Part shown: one piece after another, positions 12,139 to 24,862 of the stretch
Position numbering within the stretch: the first letter of the stretch is position 1
How the letters are laid out: every line of letters starts with the position of its first letter
Assembly (NCBI GenBank): GCA_024679065.1
Contig: JAGIQG010000016.1
Span: 37,882,001 to 37,946,000 of the forward strand
Direction of reading: 5' to 3'
Length of the DNA: 64,000 nt
From: Sphyrna mokarran
Lineage: Eukaryota
Translations under genes and position numbers: made by a program
The notes under the pieces: generated by a model
Database searches by the model: none
Told to the model about the DNA's origin: nothing
What the model saw: only the letters and a program-made list of their open reading frames with translations

Positions 12139-15100
12139 ACAAGATCCTGGCAGATACATGTTTGCCTCATTTTCTTTTCTCTTCCCATCTCCAGTTTGGA
12201 GAAACTTAGATCAACTAATCCAGCAACTCGGAATTCACCCTGCAACTTTTCTCTCTACGTTTTAGTGCTGGCTTGAAGCAGTGTCTTTAAAAACCAAATT
12301 AATCAATTTCAATTTAAACATCATCTTGTTTTAATAGTGTGGCTTGATGATCTCACTGAAAAACTGGCTTAAAAGCCATGCTGTGTGTGAGGGAGGGCTG
12401 AATTAACATACACAGTTGTAATGGAAATCCCTAGGTGAATGACAATATCAACTGATGTTGATTCAGTTGCATCAGGCTGTTAGACTCTGAAACACCAGTC
12501 TGTTTCCCCTTGCTTGGCTCACCGAAACCCATGGTTTAAATTGAAACATTTCAACTCTCCTCCCAAATAAACAGTAATATGAAAATAATAACTGCTTACA
12601 GGATGTTAATAATTTACCTTAATTGTTTTAACCGTTCAGAAGTACAGACAGCGAGGCTTCTTCCTCAACCTACTGCTAATAATTATTTATTGTTGAGCAG
12701 AAGATTCTGCTTTTTCTGTCATTATCCAAAGTAACCTGGATTATTCTAACAGAGAAAGACTAAATATTTGGGAAGAAATAAAGAATTTTTGGCTTGAAGC
12801 CATTGTAATTGTCTGTAATATTAAAATTAAAACTGTCATCCTTTTGTGGAAGGCACTTCAGTATCATGAAGAATCTCCTCATTAAACAAAGGAAGCTTCA
12901 CTATTTGTTTCGCAGCCAGCTATTGCTACTTACCAATGGGAGTGTGAATGACAGTTGTTGGGAATTTCCTGTTTAAAATGCCTGGAGTTAATTTTCCCCC
13001 TGAATGAATATGGCAGGCACACAGTAAAATTCTAGGTTGGATGGCCACAACTGCTTTTTATAAAACTGGCAAATTGAAGTATCTGAATTATTTCCCCTGG
13101 TATTTGCTTTCATTGGCTGTCAAGAGTAAAATACTGAAAGAAAGAGTGAAAGAACTCATATTTAGACAGCACTATTCACAGCTTCAGAATGCACCATAGC
13201 ATTTCACAGCCAGCTTTGAACTGCCATCATAATGTAGGATAAGCAATGCCATATAAATGCAAGCTCTTTCTTTTCTTTGGTGCAAGAGACTTGGAGACAT
13301 TTAGACCATACAGGAGGAGGTGTTGGATTTAGTATAGATCTCAAACTCTGATCTATTTTGTGAATAGCCAAAAGGATTGCTATCTCTTTATTGATAAAGG
13401 TGACCATGCGGCAATGGTGGGGCTTTCAGTTTATAGTCACAGCAGTAATTCAGGCCTACAACGTATAACCCAGTACAACCACAATACAACAACGTGGCAC
13501 CAAAGTAACCTATATTCATTCCATCAAACTTTCAGGGCTTGGCAAACCTAGAGCTGCATTATTCGAGTGCTTTACTTCTTTCATTTAGCTCTAATTGCAA
13601 GAGGTCAATAGTATTGTTAAGTATTACAATTGTTGATATGGGGGAGCGTGATTTTTCCTTCACTGCTTCACCACCACACCTCCCAACCCTGCCGCACAGA
13701 GGGCTGGGAAAATCATGCCTATGCTGTTGAAGCCTAAATCAGTTTACATCAGATTCTGAAATGCATCAAAAGGGGATGAAATAGGAGATAGCTTGAATTA
13801 AGTCTTGTCATATTCCAATACTATCACCTTATCAGATCATTATTTCATTTATATTGCTTTCTTGGGAGAGGGGGATCAAAAAGTCCTCTAGTTTTTAGAT
13901 TTTCCTGATTTTGCGAAAACAGTCATTCAGAAAGTATAAATTGATTACGGCAAATGTGAATCCTGTTGTATGAAAAACCAGGGTAAGAAAATAAACGAGG
14001 TCAGTAGCACTCCACTGATTTTTATTTAATGTGCTACTTTCAGATTACTTTGAATGAAAAAAATCAGCCTTGACAAAAGAAAAGTTCTTTTTCTTTCTTT
14101 AGCAAGAAAGCTATCTTTGGCATTGCGAGGATATGTCAGTGCAAGAGAAAATACCAGTATGTACTTCAGTGTTTGTGTATTATGCATGAACAATTATTCA
14201 CCACTCAAACTGATTTCTATTATAGCACTTAACTCATGAATAAGGTGTATGGTTGTCTTGATTCTTACTATCTTGGATTGCTGCACTATAATCAGTACAG
14301 CCTCCTACCTACAGCCACAACACCACTTTTATTTGTTACTATCATGACAGACATAAATGACAGAATCTTGTGAAAGAGTATCTGTTACTTCAGGCTAATG
14401 TTCCCGAGTGACTAAGTTTGCATCTGTGCTAGTTCCTATTATTAGCTGCATTATACAGTGCACCACGCCTAGCTGCCCTCTCCCAGCTGGCTGGCAAGCC
14501 ATTAGAAAGTAAAGGGGAATTTGCAGATAGTTACTTCCTGACACAGACAAAGGCTGGATGTCACCATAAACTTATATAAAAGCCCTCGTTTTTTGAGTCG
14601 ACTCTTCAGATCACTAGAACTTCACCCAAGGGGTCACTGCTAAAATGTGTGCCTGGATGGTTAGTGTTGTTTTTCAGTTGTGGATGATATTTCATTTGAG
14701 CCAAATTCTATCTTTACCTGCCATATGTACTTACAACTGGGGTGATTGGGTGGTGATCTTTCCCTAGCCCAGGGGTTGAGACATAGTGGCTGTTTCCCAT
14801 GGTAAGATCAGCAAAGACTATGAATCAAAGCCAGGACCTCCCGATCTGCATGGCTCAGAATTTAGACAAAGTAGTTGGGTGAGTGAAGGTGTCACCTTAC
14901 GTAGCATTGAATCAGACTGTTGCAGTGGGAGAGCAATTCTTTGCAGCACTTTTACGATTGCAACAAATGGTGTGAAACCCCACTTCATGGTGCAAAGCTC
15001 CAGTTGATGGAAGCACTGATTTAGAGCCAGACGTCACCACATCTGGTTCACACTGCTGATATTTTTCCAGTCCTTCGAAGCACCACCATATCAAGAACAG

Positions 15101-15644
15101 TGCAAATCAAATGTAGAAAAGTCTTTGCATAACTCTTCAATCCACAACCTTACTGAGTGAGATCATGGCCACTAGATTTAGATGAGCTGTGGTTTTTTTT
15201 CTGGGTGCTGGCAAGCAGAATCTTGCGAATCTCCCAGGCGTGCAAAACAAGGTGAGGTTGGGAGTGGGGATGTACGAAATTAAGCAGGAGGCAAAATGTC
15301 AACTTCCCGTCAAAGGGATGAAAATTGGTTTTTAATTAATGGCAGATTGTAGGGTGGATCATGTTTCCTGACAGCAAGCAACGGGAGCTTACTTTTAATA
15401 GATTGGTATCTGCATGTTCATGACAACGCAACTTCGCCAGATCAAATTTGGAATTAGTGCACAGCAAACAGGAAACACACGTGTTTAGATTCACAACTGA
15501 CCAAACACTGGCATGCAGTAGGCAAGGTAGCCTTCCTACTGGATTTGGGTTGAGTACATGCTGCTTCTCTTGCCTGGGGAGCTTTGTTAACCAGGAGATA
15601 AGACTTATTGTCGCATTCAGTTTGGCTAGCGGCCATGAAAGAGA

Positions 15645-15935
15645 AGTGGCGTGTGGCTGACTGAAGGAGGGTGGGAATGAGTGAGAGTGGCAGGTGGCTG
15701 TGAATGGGGAATGGGGCGTGGCTGACTGGAGAAGGCAGCGAGTGAATAAGAGAGTGAATGAGGATGGGGTGTATCTGTGAATTGGAATGGGGCGTGACTG
15801 ACTGGAGGAAGGAGGGGTTAAATGAGGGAGGGAGTGGGGAGTGGGGAGTGGGGAGTAGGGAGTGGCTGACTGAGGGAGAGAGGTGAATTTGAATGTGGAA
15901 AGGGGCATAGCTGACCAAGGGAGGAGGGAAGGAGG
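15645..15935 (+). repeat. Purine-rich low-complexity tract with recurring gtggctgactg motif and (GGGGAGT)n
   Basis: Directly visible; explains the Pro/Ser/His-rich minus-strand ORFs 15336-15947 and 15454-15957. Confidence 0.85.
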
Positions 15936-16854
15936 TATCAGGCTCACGAAGGCTCACTGGGGAAAAACGGAGAAAACAGGACTATACAAGGAAGATCAAT
16001 GTCAACAGAAGGTAGGTCAAGCACGATTGTGAGATGATCAATGGTTATACAAAAAAAGTCGAGGGTAACAAAGGGCAGATTAAGGATGATCAAGGGATGC
16101 TTGAATATTATGGGTGACAGGTGAAGGATAATGGAGGTTCACTGATAGTGATGCTATGAAACTCTAGAGTGAATGACAGCTGTTCAAGGATGATGAGGGG
16201 TGTTAGATTGAGGATGGATTGGGCAAGGTGATGGAATGAGGGTCAAGGGTGATGGAGTGAGGATCAAGGGTGACTACGAGAAGGTGAATGGTTCCAGTTA
16301 TAGAGATGTAGAGAGATAACAGATTGAACATGTTGGTGGGATGTGGAGAGATGGTGGGGCCAGAATAGATCTAGAGATTACAAACTCTTCACAAACAGCC
16401 AGACTAATACTGTTAGATGACAAGGAGTGGAAGCCTATGGATTGCCATTTAACTATAGTGCCCAAATGTACAAAGTGTAAGATCGCAGTGTGGCCAAGAA
16501 TCTCCTGCCCATGTTCTCTGGGGTCTTCATCTTCCATCACTAGTTGGTTGACCATCATGTGACTGCAGATAGCCAGTTGCTCTGTGTCTGTGTGGAAATG
16601 TGCCACATCTCTGACATGAGAAGATTTAATTTTACATGTGCTGTTCACTTTCCCAAAGAGTGCCGGCAGCACACGGTCACAATTCTGGTGTTGGCTGTTC
16701 TGTTGAGCCATTTTGATGAGTAACTAGCAGTCACACATGGAGCTTCCACAACTAGTATGTAGACATCAAGCAGAACGTAATGTTGATTTGATACTATGAT
16801 TGCTGCAATATTGGAGCTCCCACGGTTCATGTAAAATTCCAGCCTATGGAATTT

Positions 16855-16994
16855 TGCTGATGCACATTCTCTGACTTCGCCTGTAACTGGGATCCTTCAG
16901 TCCCGCTGCTGTGAACAAGATTTGGCTGAATCCCAAATTCTCCATTCTTGCTGGCAATAGCAGTGGGGTGTGCGAGACCAGAGAATTCCAGCCT
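16855..16994. mobile_element. MITE (subtype A)
   Basis: Internal hairpin gatttggctgaatcccaaattc and end gagaattccagcc, shared with 21528 and 34051 copies. Confidence 0.6.
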
Positions 16995-19092
16995 CTTATG
17001 TTTGGAAAGTTGCATTTTGAAACCTGGTTCACTGCTTGTTGCAAGAACCTTATCCAAAAAGCCTGCCCATCAAATCGGCTTTTAATTCCCACAGGCAAGC
17101 TCATTAGTAAATCAGTCCGGCTTTTCTGGTGGCCTGTTCAGTGAATCATAATAGTAATATCATTTAACAGGATTGCTCTGGTTTGCATGTTTTTGAATGG
17201 CTAAATTTGCTTTCTTAAAAGGCAGACAAAAAAAGTGAAAAGCATTAAGGAACACTGAATATTATTACTGTGAAGCATGAAAAATAGAACTATCAGCTCT
17301 AATGAGTTCAATAAAAAGTAATGATTTTCCACCAAAACTAAATTAATGAAAAATTAAAATTGCTGTGAAAATTGTTAGTCTGCACACTTTGGCATTTAAT
17401 TTATTTGAAGACCCTCTTGATATTTCAACATGCTTTAATGAAGTCAATCAACCCAAGAAGTAAATAATATTTTTCTTGTAACGAAGAGTCAATTTATGTA
17501 ATGATGAACCCCTCTCATTAGACATAAGTAGGCGAAATGAGGCTGAAAAGCTTCTGAATGACGATCAGCAGAGGTGGATAAATTGCTGGGATTGATGGAG
17601 ATGGAGAGATAGGGATAATTACTGATACTGTCCCATATTGGAACTGAGGCATAGAGCAGAATATCTTTAGGTTTATGTTGAGTTAACTGAGAGTTTCAAA
17701 TGTTCATTTATTCAATTCTTATTTTTAAATTCACTTGTGGCTAATTTGAATTAAGAGCAGAATCTTTCGGCTTTCTCGGTAGATGCAAAGACTTCTGAAG
17801 TATTCCCTGAAATTGCCCATGCTACAAGCTGTCTAAATCCCAGCTTCATGTGTGGATTGCTTTCATCAAGTTCAAGAGCATTTTTTAGAAATTTCTTTTC
17901 AAGAAATTTGTAGACGGATCAAATCTCTTTGCATGAAACAGTTGTATGGCTTGAATACTCTGGTTCGGTGCCAGTCCAGAATACGGCGACTAGAAGTCTT
18001 TAACGATGCTCTTAAACACTAAAGCTTTTTAGAGATTCAGAGCAGTTGTTCACATTTTCTTCTGGTTAATTTTGGATCTTTTTTCCATAAAGTTTCCTGT
18101 GATCCCGATATGAATCATCCAGTTTATGATAAACTATTGAGGTTGTTATTCATTTTTGCGTTATGGGTGTCATTGTCAAGTTTAGCAATTATTGCCCAGT
18201 TACCATATTGTCTTCTTTCCAGAGATGTCACCAGATTTAGTGTGATTTTCCAGCATCCTCTGTATCTGCCTTACTAAGTGGCTTGACAGGCCACTTCTGA
18301 AGGCAGATTTAGAACTGGCTGGGTGAAGATACCAGATTTCCTAACCTAATGAACATTGGTGAACCAGTTGGATTTTTATGATTCTAATAGCTTCACGGGA
18401 TGGGACTCAGTTGGTTGGACAGAGTCAGAGAAACAGCGGGGAACCTGCGTCAGTTTGAATAATATTTACTGCCCTTCAGGCACTTAACTGGCCAAGCTGT
18501 GGAAGTCTTTCGTACTGAAAGTTATGAGCCACTGCTTGTTGTCAGCCCCATTGCAGTCCTAGGATCACAAGAGGACCCCAGGCCATTGGTAAGCACAGAC
18601 AGGATGGAATTGCAAGAGGGGGAACCAAGGGAAAATGGTGGCTTTCAGCAGCCTGTCCCTCCTGAATGCCAAATTTTGTGGGTGGATGTTAGCAAACATC
18701 TAGACCACCCTTTGTTTAAAGTGATGCAAATGATTCCCAAAACTTGATTTGTGCTGGAATTAATTTATGCTTGAAATTCCTCGATCTTTTGCATTGGTTC
18801 TGCAGATTTTAGCCAAATTTTGCTGGAAGAAAACAACGTAACTTCACAGAATTTCCACGTCATTGAAGTCTTCTTAAAAATGACTTGCTCACTGTTAATA
18901 ATGAATGAGCAGTTGCTAAGCAGTTTATTCTTGGGTATGTGAAATGCAGGCCATTTCATGGTTGTCTAGTTTAACCTGTTCACAATCTGTGTAAATGTGC
19001 AGGTCATTTAGTGCAGACATAGACATAAATAACTCAGACAAATGAATTAGTTGTTTGTTCGTCATGTAACCCGATATGTTTTTTTGGAATAG

Positions 19093-19265
19093 GATTGACT
19101 GTGCTGGGATCTTGAAGCTGAGAAATGCTGACATCGAACTGAGGAAAGGGGAGACGGACATTGGAAGGAAGAATACCAGAGTGAGGCTGGTTTTTCGGGT
19201 TCATATTCCTCAAGCCAATGGCAGAGTGCTCTCATTACAAGTTGCTTCAAATCCCATTGAATGCT
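19093..19265 (+). CDS. NFATC2: NFATC2 internal coding exon (approx. exon 5), RHD
   Basis: aatag|G ATT GAC ... TGC T|gtaagt. 173 nt; [57 protein letters not shown]. Phase joins the previous exon (GT+G = Val). Confidence 0.98.
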
Positions 19266-19793
19266 GTAAGTTTTCTTTTACAATTAAGTTCATTCAGTGC
19301 ACATGAGCATATTAGAATATAGTTGTGAACAAATACACGTAAAAGGACACACACACATCATCACATTTTTAGTACTGCGTACAACGGTGCCCATTTTACC
19401 TATTAGGTCTGAAAGCCAAATTGAATTCATAGGTTAAGTATGGCGCCCACAACTAATAACAATTTAAATATCTCTGTTGATTTGAAGACATGCTTTGAAG
19501 TCAAGCGTCATGGGGCAAAACACCATCAACATTGAAAAGACTAAATAAAGCTTTGGGAATTAACTGACATTGAATTTTAAATCTAAAAGACTGGTTTAGC
19601 TACAAAAAAACTGAAGCTGTTTCTACATTAAATTCAATTGATTGTGGCTAGCTGAGGTTATGAAACTATAATCAAACTGCTAATCATATTACACTGAGTT
19701 ACATCAAGACCACGAGGCAGAAACAGTTAGCTCAGTTAGCTGGGTGGCTGGTTTGTAATGCGGAGTAATGACAATACTGTGGGTTCAATTCCC

Positions 19794-20011
19794 GTAAGAA
19801 GTCTGACAACACCAGGTTTAAGTCCAACTGATTTATTTGATAGTAACCTCATGAGCTTTCGGGGTTTGTTCCTTCGTCAGCTGAATGGAGAATTCTGACG
19901 AAGGGACAAACCTTGAAAGCTTGTGAGTTTACTATCAAATTAATTGGTTAGACTTAAACCTGTTGTTATCAGACTTCTTACTGTGTTTACCCCAGTTCAT
20001 CTCCACATCAT
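19794..20011 (+). mobile_element. Penelope-like element remnant: ~87-bp inverted arms, each with a hammerhead core
   Basis: 12-bp TSD ggttcaattccc (19782-19793 and 20012-20023). Arms 19794-19880 and 19895-19981 are reverse complements. End ctccacatcat is shared with other copies. Confidence 0.8.
19895..19922 (+). ncRNA. Minimal hammerhead ribozyme core motif (activity doubtful)
   Basis: CUGACGA-AGGG acaaa CCUU-GAA-AGCU-U: conserved CUGANGA and GAAA boxes, stem II, palindromic AGCU for dimeric stem III; stem I pairing is poor. Mirror motif on the minus strand at 19853-19880. Confidence 0.55.
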
Positions 20012-20774
20012 GGTTCAATTCCCATGCCAGCTGAGGTTATTTATGAAGGCTCAGCCTTCTAAACCTTGCCTCTCGCCTAAGATCTGGCGATCCTCAGCTT
20101 AAAATCAACGCCACATTCAGTTGTCCCCAACAAAGGGGAGAACAGCCTATGATTATCTGCGACTGTGACGACTTTACTTTTATTGAACAGGCACTGCCTA
20201 ACACCACCTGTAACATGAGTAGCAAACTGTTTAATTTAATTATGTCTTCTATAGAAAGTGTCTTGTGCTGAAATCACCTCAGAGGGAACTGTCAACTCTC
20301 CTCTATTTAAAGTCATTGTTTGTACTCCTTGTACAAAATGCATCCCTCACTCACTAGGCCAGGTTATTTTTGATTGCTAAGCAGATACGTTTCTATGATG
20401 CTATGATGTTCTATTTTAAATTTATAAAGTAGAATTCAGAAAGTACATTGGCACTAGCAAGTAAGACACTGCATAATCTGAAAATAGCAGAAAAAGATCA
20501 GTATGTGTGAATAGAATCCTTCATTAAATGAAATTACAGACAGGCTTCTGGAAACTTGTTGATTTTATTCTGGCAATGGGGAAAGGGATGAAGGGCCACA
20601 TGAGTAGCCAAAACAATTGACTATTTGCTCAACTTCTGTTTCTTTTGTTGAAGTGGAGCTGCTTCTTTTTGTTATTTGTATTTGTATTCAGCTCGGCTGA
20701 AATATAAAGGGAAATATAAGGCTGTTTTTGTTTTGCTGTGTTTTACTGGGAAAAATAAATGCCAAATAACCGTA

Positions 20775-21075
20775 CATAGAATCATAAAATCCTGCAGTAC
20801 ATTTGGCCCATCGAGACTGTACCGACCACAGTCTCACTCAATCCCAATTTCCATAACCCCACACATTTATCCTGCTAATCTTCCTGACATTAGGGTCAGT
20901 CTAGCATGGCCAACCAACCTAACCCACATATTTTTGGATTGTGGGAGGAAATCGGAGGATCTGGAGGAAACCCACACAGACACAGTGAGAACGTGCAAAC
21001 TCCACACAGACAGTGACCCAAGGAATTGAACTTGTGTCCCTCATACTATGGCTAATCACTGTGCCACTGTGCTGC
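20775..21075 (-). mobile_element. HE1-like V-SINE, tail type 2 (CR1-type ATTCTATG tail)
   Basis: catagaatcata... gtgggaggaaatcggaggatctggaggaaacccacacagaca...gtgcaaactccacacagacagt...gctaatcactgtgccac. Confidence 0.85.
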
Positions 21076-21527
21076 TCTTGTGTGTAGTTTCATGAATCCA
21101 GCATTACTGGCATCAGTAATTTGAAAATAGTGAATCTGAAGTTGTGGATCAATTGCTGTTATACAAACATATATTTATAAAACTGAGCCCATTTACAAAT
21201 TGCATTTTTAAAAAATAACTTAAGTAAGAGGTGCAGTGTTGCGTGGAGTCGAAATTATCTGGAGTGTCTTACTTTCAAGAAAAGAACAAATCTTTATTTA
21301 CATTAAATATCTGATCATTCAGTCTGAATTTCATATATTGTAAGTGATTACACTTTATCAAAATTTCATGAGCTGTGAAGCATTCATCCCAGAGAGATGA
21401 AAGGTGCTACAGATGTAGATCTTCTGTGCCCACCCCATTTTGTGGAAAGTCTTTTCAACACTTTGAGGGTCACCAAGTTATTAGCACCCTGCTGGTAGGA
21501 AAATCCCAGCCTGCAGGTTGAAAACTA

Positions 21528-21665
21528 TGCCTGGAATTCTCTACCATTCATGTCCTGCCATTGCAGTCAACGAGGACCAAGAATTTGGCTCAAAGCCAAA
21601 TCTCCATTCACCATAGCAGGTCTGCATAATCCTACTGGCGTGAACAGCTGGAGAATCCTGTCCCA
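21528..21665. mobile_element. MITE (subtype A)
   Basis: TIRs gcctggaattctc ... ggagaatcctgtcc; internal gaatttggctcaaagccaaatctccattcac. Confidence 0.65.
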
Positions 21666-21898
21666 CATTTCATAATGAAACTGGTAGACTGGTTATATTT
21701 GCCACAACTAGTTGATTTGATTTATTGATGCACAAAAGGTTATTGATATTGCATAGACCAGTGAATGTGGGTCTTTATGGCTGAATGTACAAGTAATAGA
21801 CAAAAACTGAAAGAGCTGATGGAACACTCCAGTGTATTTTTTTTTGAATTATCAGCAATGTCTTTCTTTACTGAGCATATTTTGTTTTGTTGCTCCAG

Positions 21899-22039
21899 CT
21901 CAGAGATCTGCACATGAATTGCCAATGGTGGAAAAGCAGAGTACAGACAGTTGCGTCGTTACGGGTGGACAACAAATGATCCTCACTGGTCAAAATTTTA
22001 CCACCGAGTCAAAGGTTCTTTTCATAGAGAAGACTCATG
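21899..22039 (+). CDS. NFATC2: NFATC2 internal coding exon (approx. exon 6), RHD linker / IPT domain start
   Basis: ctccag|CT CAG ... CAT G|gtgagt. 141 nt; (S)[46 protein letters not shown]. Confidence 0.98.
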
Positions 22040-22759
22040 GTGAGTCATGTTGTCATTCAAGTGAAGCTGGATGTGAATTGTATTGTTGATGAAACATGAA
22101 AGCAAATGCTTTGCTCAGTTTTTCTTCCTTTTGTGTCCCTTGAGTTGTTCATTGATAGGTAGTATTCTAAGGGGGCAGGTGCAACCTTTGTTCCATGTTG
22201 GGACCAATAATGTCAAAACCGTTCTTTTCAGGTGTGGTGTAGGTTGTATGAAGTAGAGAGTTTTCCTTCTCCTTGAATTCAACCATTTATCTTCGGATTA
22301 CACCTGCACTGTGTCCAGTGTTGGTACATTGTATGGCTCTTCCCTGTTGTCTTTCTGAATACAGTGCCCACGTATTTTGCTGCTAGTTCTAGACAATAAA
22401 TTTATCTATGTTATGAATTACTTTGAAGCTGCTGTCAATTATTTCATTTTAAAAATATTTTTATATGCGTAACGAGATTATTGATCAAGGAATGGAAGAC
22501 TTCCCAGTCAGGTAACTTGTTAGCATAAGGCACTTTTAGATTGGGGTAAGAAAAATATTATTTAATGCAAAGGAAAGCTTTCTTTGTAATGTACCAGAAG
22601 CATGCCTTACCTTCAAGTCTCTTGATAAATGGGATTTAATATTTAGGAAAGGGGTTTTGCCTGTTGGTAGGGAACTAGTGAGAGTCCCACCTTCCCTCCA
22701 ATATGTGTCCTTTCGATGATAAATGGCCAGCTTTGTGCCTTTTCCTGGATTAAGGGCCT

Positions 22760-23320
22760 TAGAGCAGAAATCCAGCCCCCACAAGGGGTGGTGCAGGAGT
22801 TAGGGGCTCTGTCTGTGCCACTAGAGTGGTGACAGCTGTGGGTAATAGATCCACCAGAAGTCTAAGATTAGCAAGAGAACCCAAGCCAAATGTGACTGAT
22901 GGCAGGATGTGGGTTATGGGCAGGATCATGGGAGGAGGGTTGGAGGCAAAGGCAGTGGGTGGCTCCACTCTTCCCAACACTGGGAGCCTCAGTCAGGCAC
23001 TGAATGCCTTTGAGCAAGAGACCCTTGCTATTTGGGATTGCCACTTTGTAACTCCCCCCAGCCATTGCAGGTTTAATACGAGGGGCAGTGAGGATGAGGC
23101 ACGTAAGTGGGCATTAATCATCCACCTGAGAGCCTCAATAGGTGTCTGGCTGGAAAGGCTGTTCAGAACCCTTCCCTATCCAGACTTAAAGGGTCATAGA
23201 CAGAAAGTGGTGGGTCCCAATTCCACACCCCTCTTCCCAAATTAAAATTGCTGCCTCTCCCCACTCGCCTCCCCACTTGATTCCACTATGGGATGGGAGG
23301 GGATGGTTAAGTGTGTAGGG
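22760..23320. repeat. Degenerate interspersed repeat (probable non-autonomous DNA transposon); related copy at ~42880-43350
   Basis: Shared quasi-palindrome gaggcacgtaagtgggcattaatcatccacctgagagcctcaat versus aattgaggc..cccttcagtaggtaattaatgcccagctaaaggtctc. Confidence 0.45.
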
Positions 23321-24548
23321 GGATTAAATATATGCCTCACTAGTGGTGCGTTTTAATTGCTGCTAAATCTGTACTCCTCAAGCTCATAGCAGTGAGGCAT
23401 AAAACAGGAGCTGAAACAAATGCCATTGTACAGAGAAGAAAGGAAGGAGGGCTTACATTTACTGTAGAAAGGTTCCACTCACCAGCTGCTATTCCGGAGG
23501 TCTATGTTAGATGATACTAAGTTGCTAAAGATGTGGAATATTAAAAGACATCACTGCAAAGTAGTTTTTTTTGGCTCTTCACAAAATGAGATAGTGTCTG
23601 TTTAATGGTTTGACTTATTTACACATTTTGTACAATAATGTAATATAATTGACCATCTAGGAAAGATATGGGACTGGATTTTTCCAAGGGTGGTTGGGAC
23701 AGAGCCTGATGTTGCCAGGAATTCAAAATCACGGTCTGGAAATTGTTGCAGAATTCCAATGCCTCCAGGACAGTTTGAATTTTAAAAGGGCTGGCAGGAA
23801 GAGGACTGGGAAATGCAGTCTCCACCAATTAATGGCATCTTCAGTTGCTTCAAAAGTTTGGCAACGGAGATTGCAATTTTTATATTTTTCCAGTTACCCA
23901 GGCAAGTTCATTGCTAATCCCAGGTAAATTGTTTTGCATTTTTTTAAAGATCTGCCCTATGGCCAATTAATGTCAGCACGAGTGCTGCTTCTATCGTTCA
24001 AGTCCATTGCTGCTTTCTGTCACATTCCACCTCAAGGAATTGCCCGTTCTAAATGGCAAGTAGCAGCCCCTAACATGGTTACTGCCTGCCCTTGCTACTG
24101 GGGCCAGACAGGCAGCTCCTACTCATAGAGCAGTAAAGCTCCTCTAATGGGGCATTGAGCTTGCTTCCTGGCAAATTAGGTCATTTGCATTTACAAATAC
24201 TATCATGAGAGTGATCCAACCTTGGCATAGAGTCAGGGCCTGAAATTCATCCAGCCATTAGATTCCCAACACCGCATTGAAAACCTGGCCCATGTTTGCA
24301 CATTCAAAAAATCAGAAGCCATCTGTGGCCTTCCATTATCCAAGAGTAGCTTAGTTTGAAATAAAAGTAGAATGTTTAATTCATTCTCATGAGGTTAGAG
24401 GTTATTCCGAACATATTTGGTACATTGGGAGCCTTCCAAAAGTGTCTACTGAGGTACAACGCCCAGAGCATACAAGATGTTCCACAACAGTGAAGCTTCC
24501 CAGATTCGTGTAAATGTTATTTTCTGGTAGGTTTACCCTCCCGGCACA

Positions 24549-24862
24549 CATAGAATCATAGAATCCCCACAATGTAGAAGGAGGCCGTTTGGCCTATCAA
24601 GTGCACACCAATAAGAATTACACCCAGGCCCTATCCCCATAACACCAAGTATTTACCCTGCTAATCCCCCTGACACTAAAAGGCAATTTAACCTACCCAA
24701 TCAATCTTACCTGCACGTCTTTGAACCGTGGGAGGAAACTGGAGAACCTGGAGGAAACCCACGTAGACAAGTTAAAAATCCAACAGACAGTGACCCGAAG
24801 CTAGGATTGAATCCAGGTCCCTATGGGGCAGCAGTGCTAATCACTGTGCCACCATGCCACCC
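24549..24862 (-). mobile_element. HE1-like V-SINE, tail type 2
   Basis: catagaatcatagaatcc...gaaggaggccgtttggcc...gtgggaggaaactggagaacctggaggaaaccc...gcagtgctaatcactgtgccacc. Confidence 0.88.

Larger units (their letters stand above)
19726..20182 (+). mobile_element. tRNA-headed SINE interrupted at its B box by a Penelope-like insertion
   Basis: A-box-like gttagctcagttag, B-box gggttcaattccc (duplicated as TSD), body ccagctgaggtt...ccttctaaaccttgcc..., tail gactttactttta. Confidence 0.7.

Noticed and set aside
15336-15957. Long minus-strand ORFs (203 and 167 aa)
   Set aside because: Pro/Ser/His-rich translations of a purine-rich low-complexity tract; no domain and no splice support.
22826-23245. 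139-aa plus-strand ORF
   Set aside because: Lies within an interspersed repeat with a related copy near 42880-43350; no recognisable domain.
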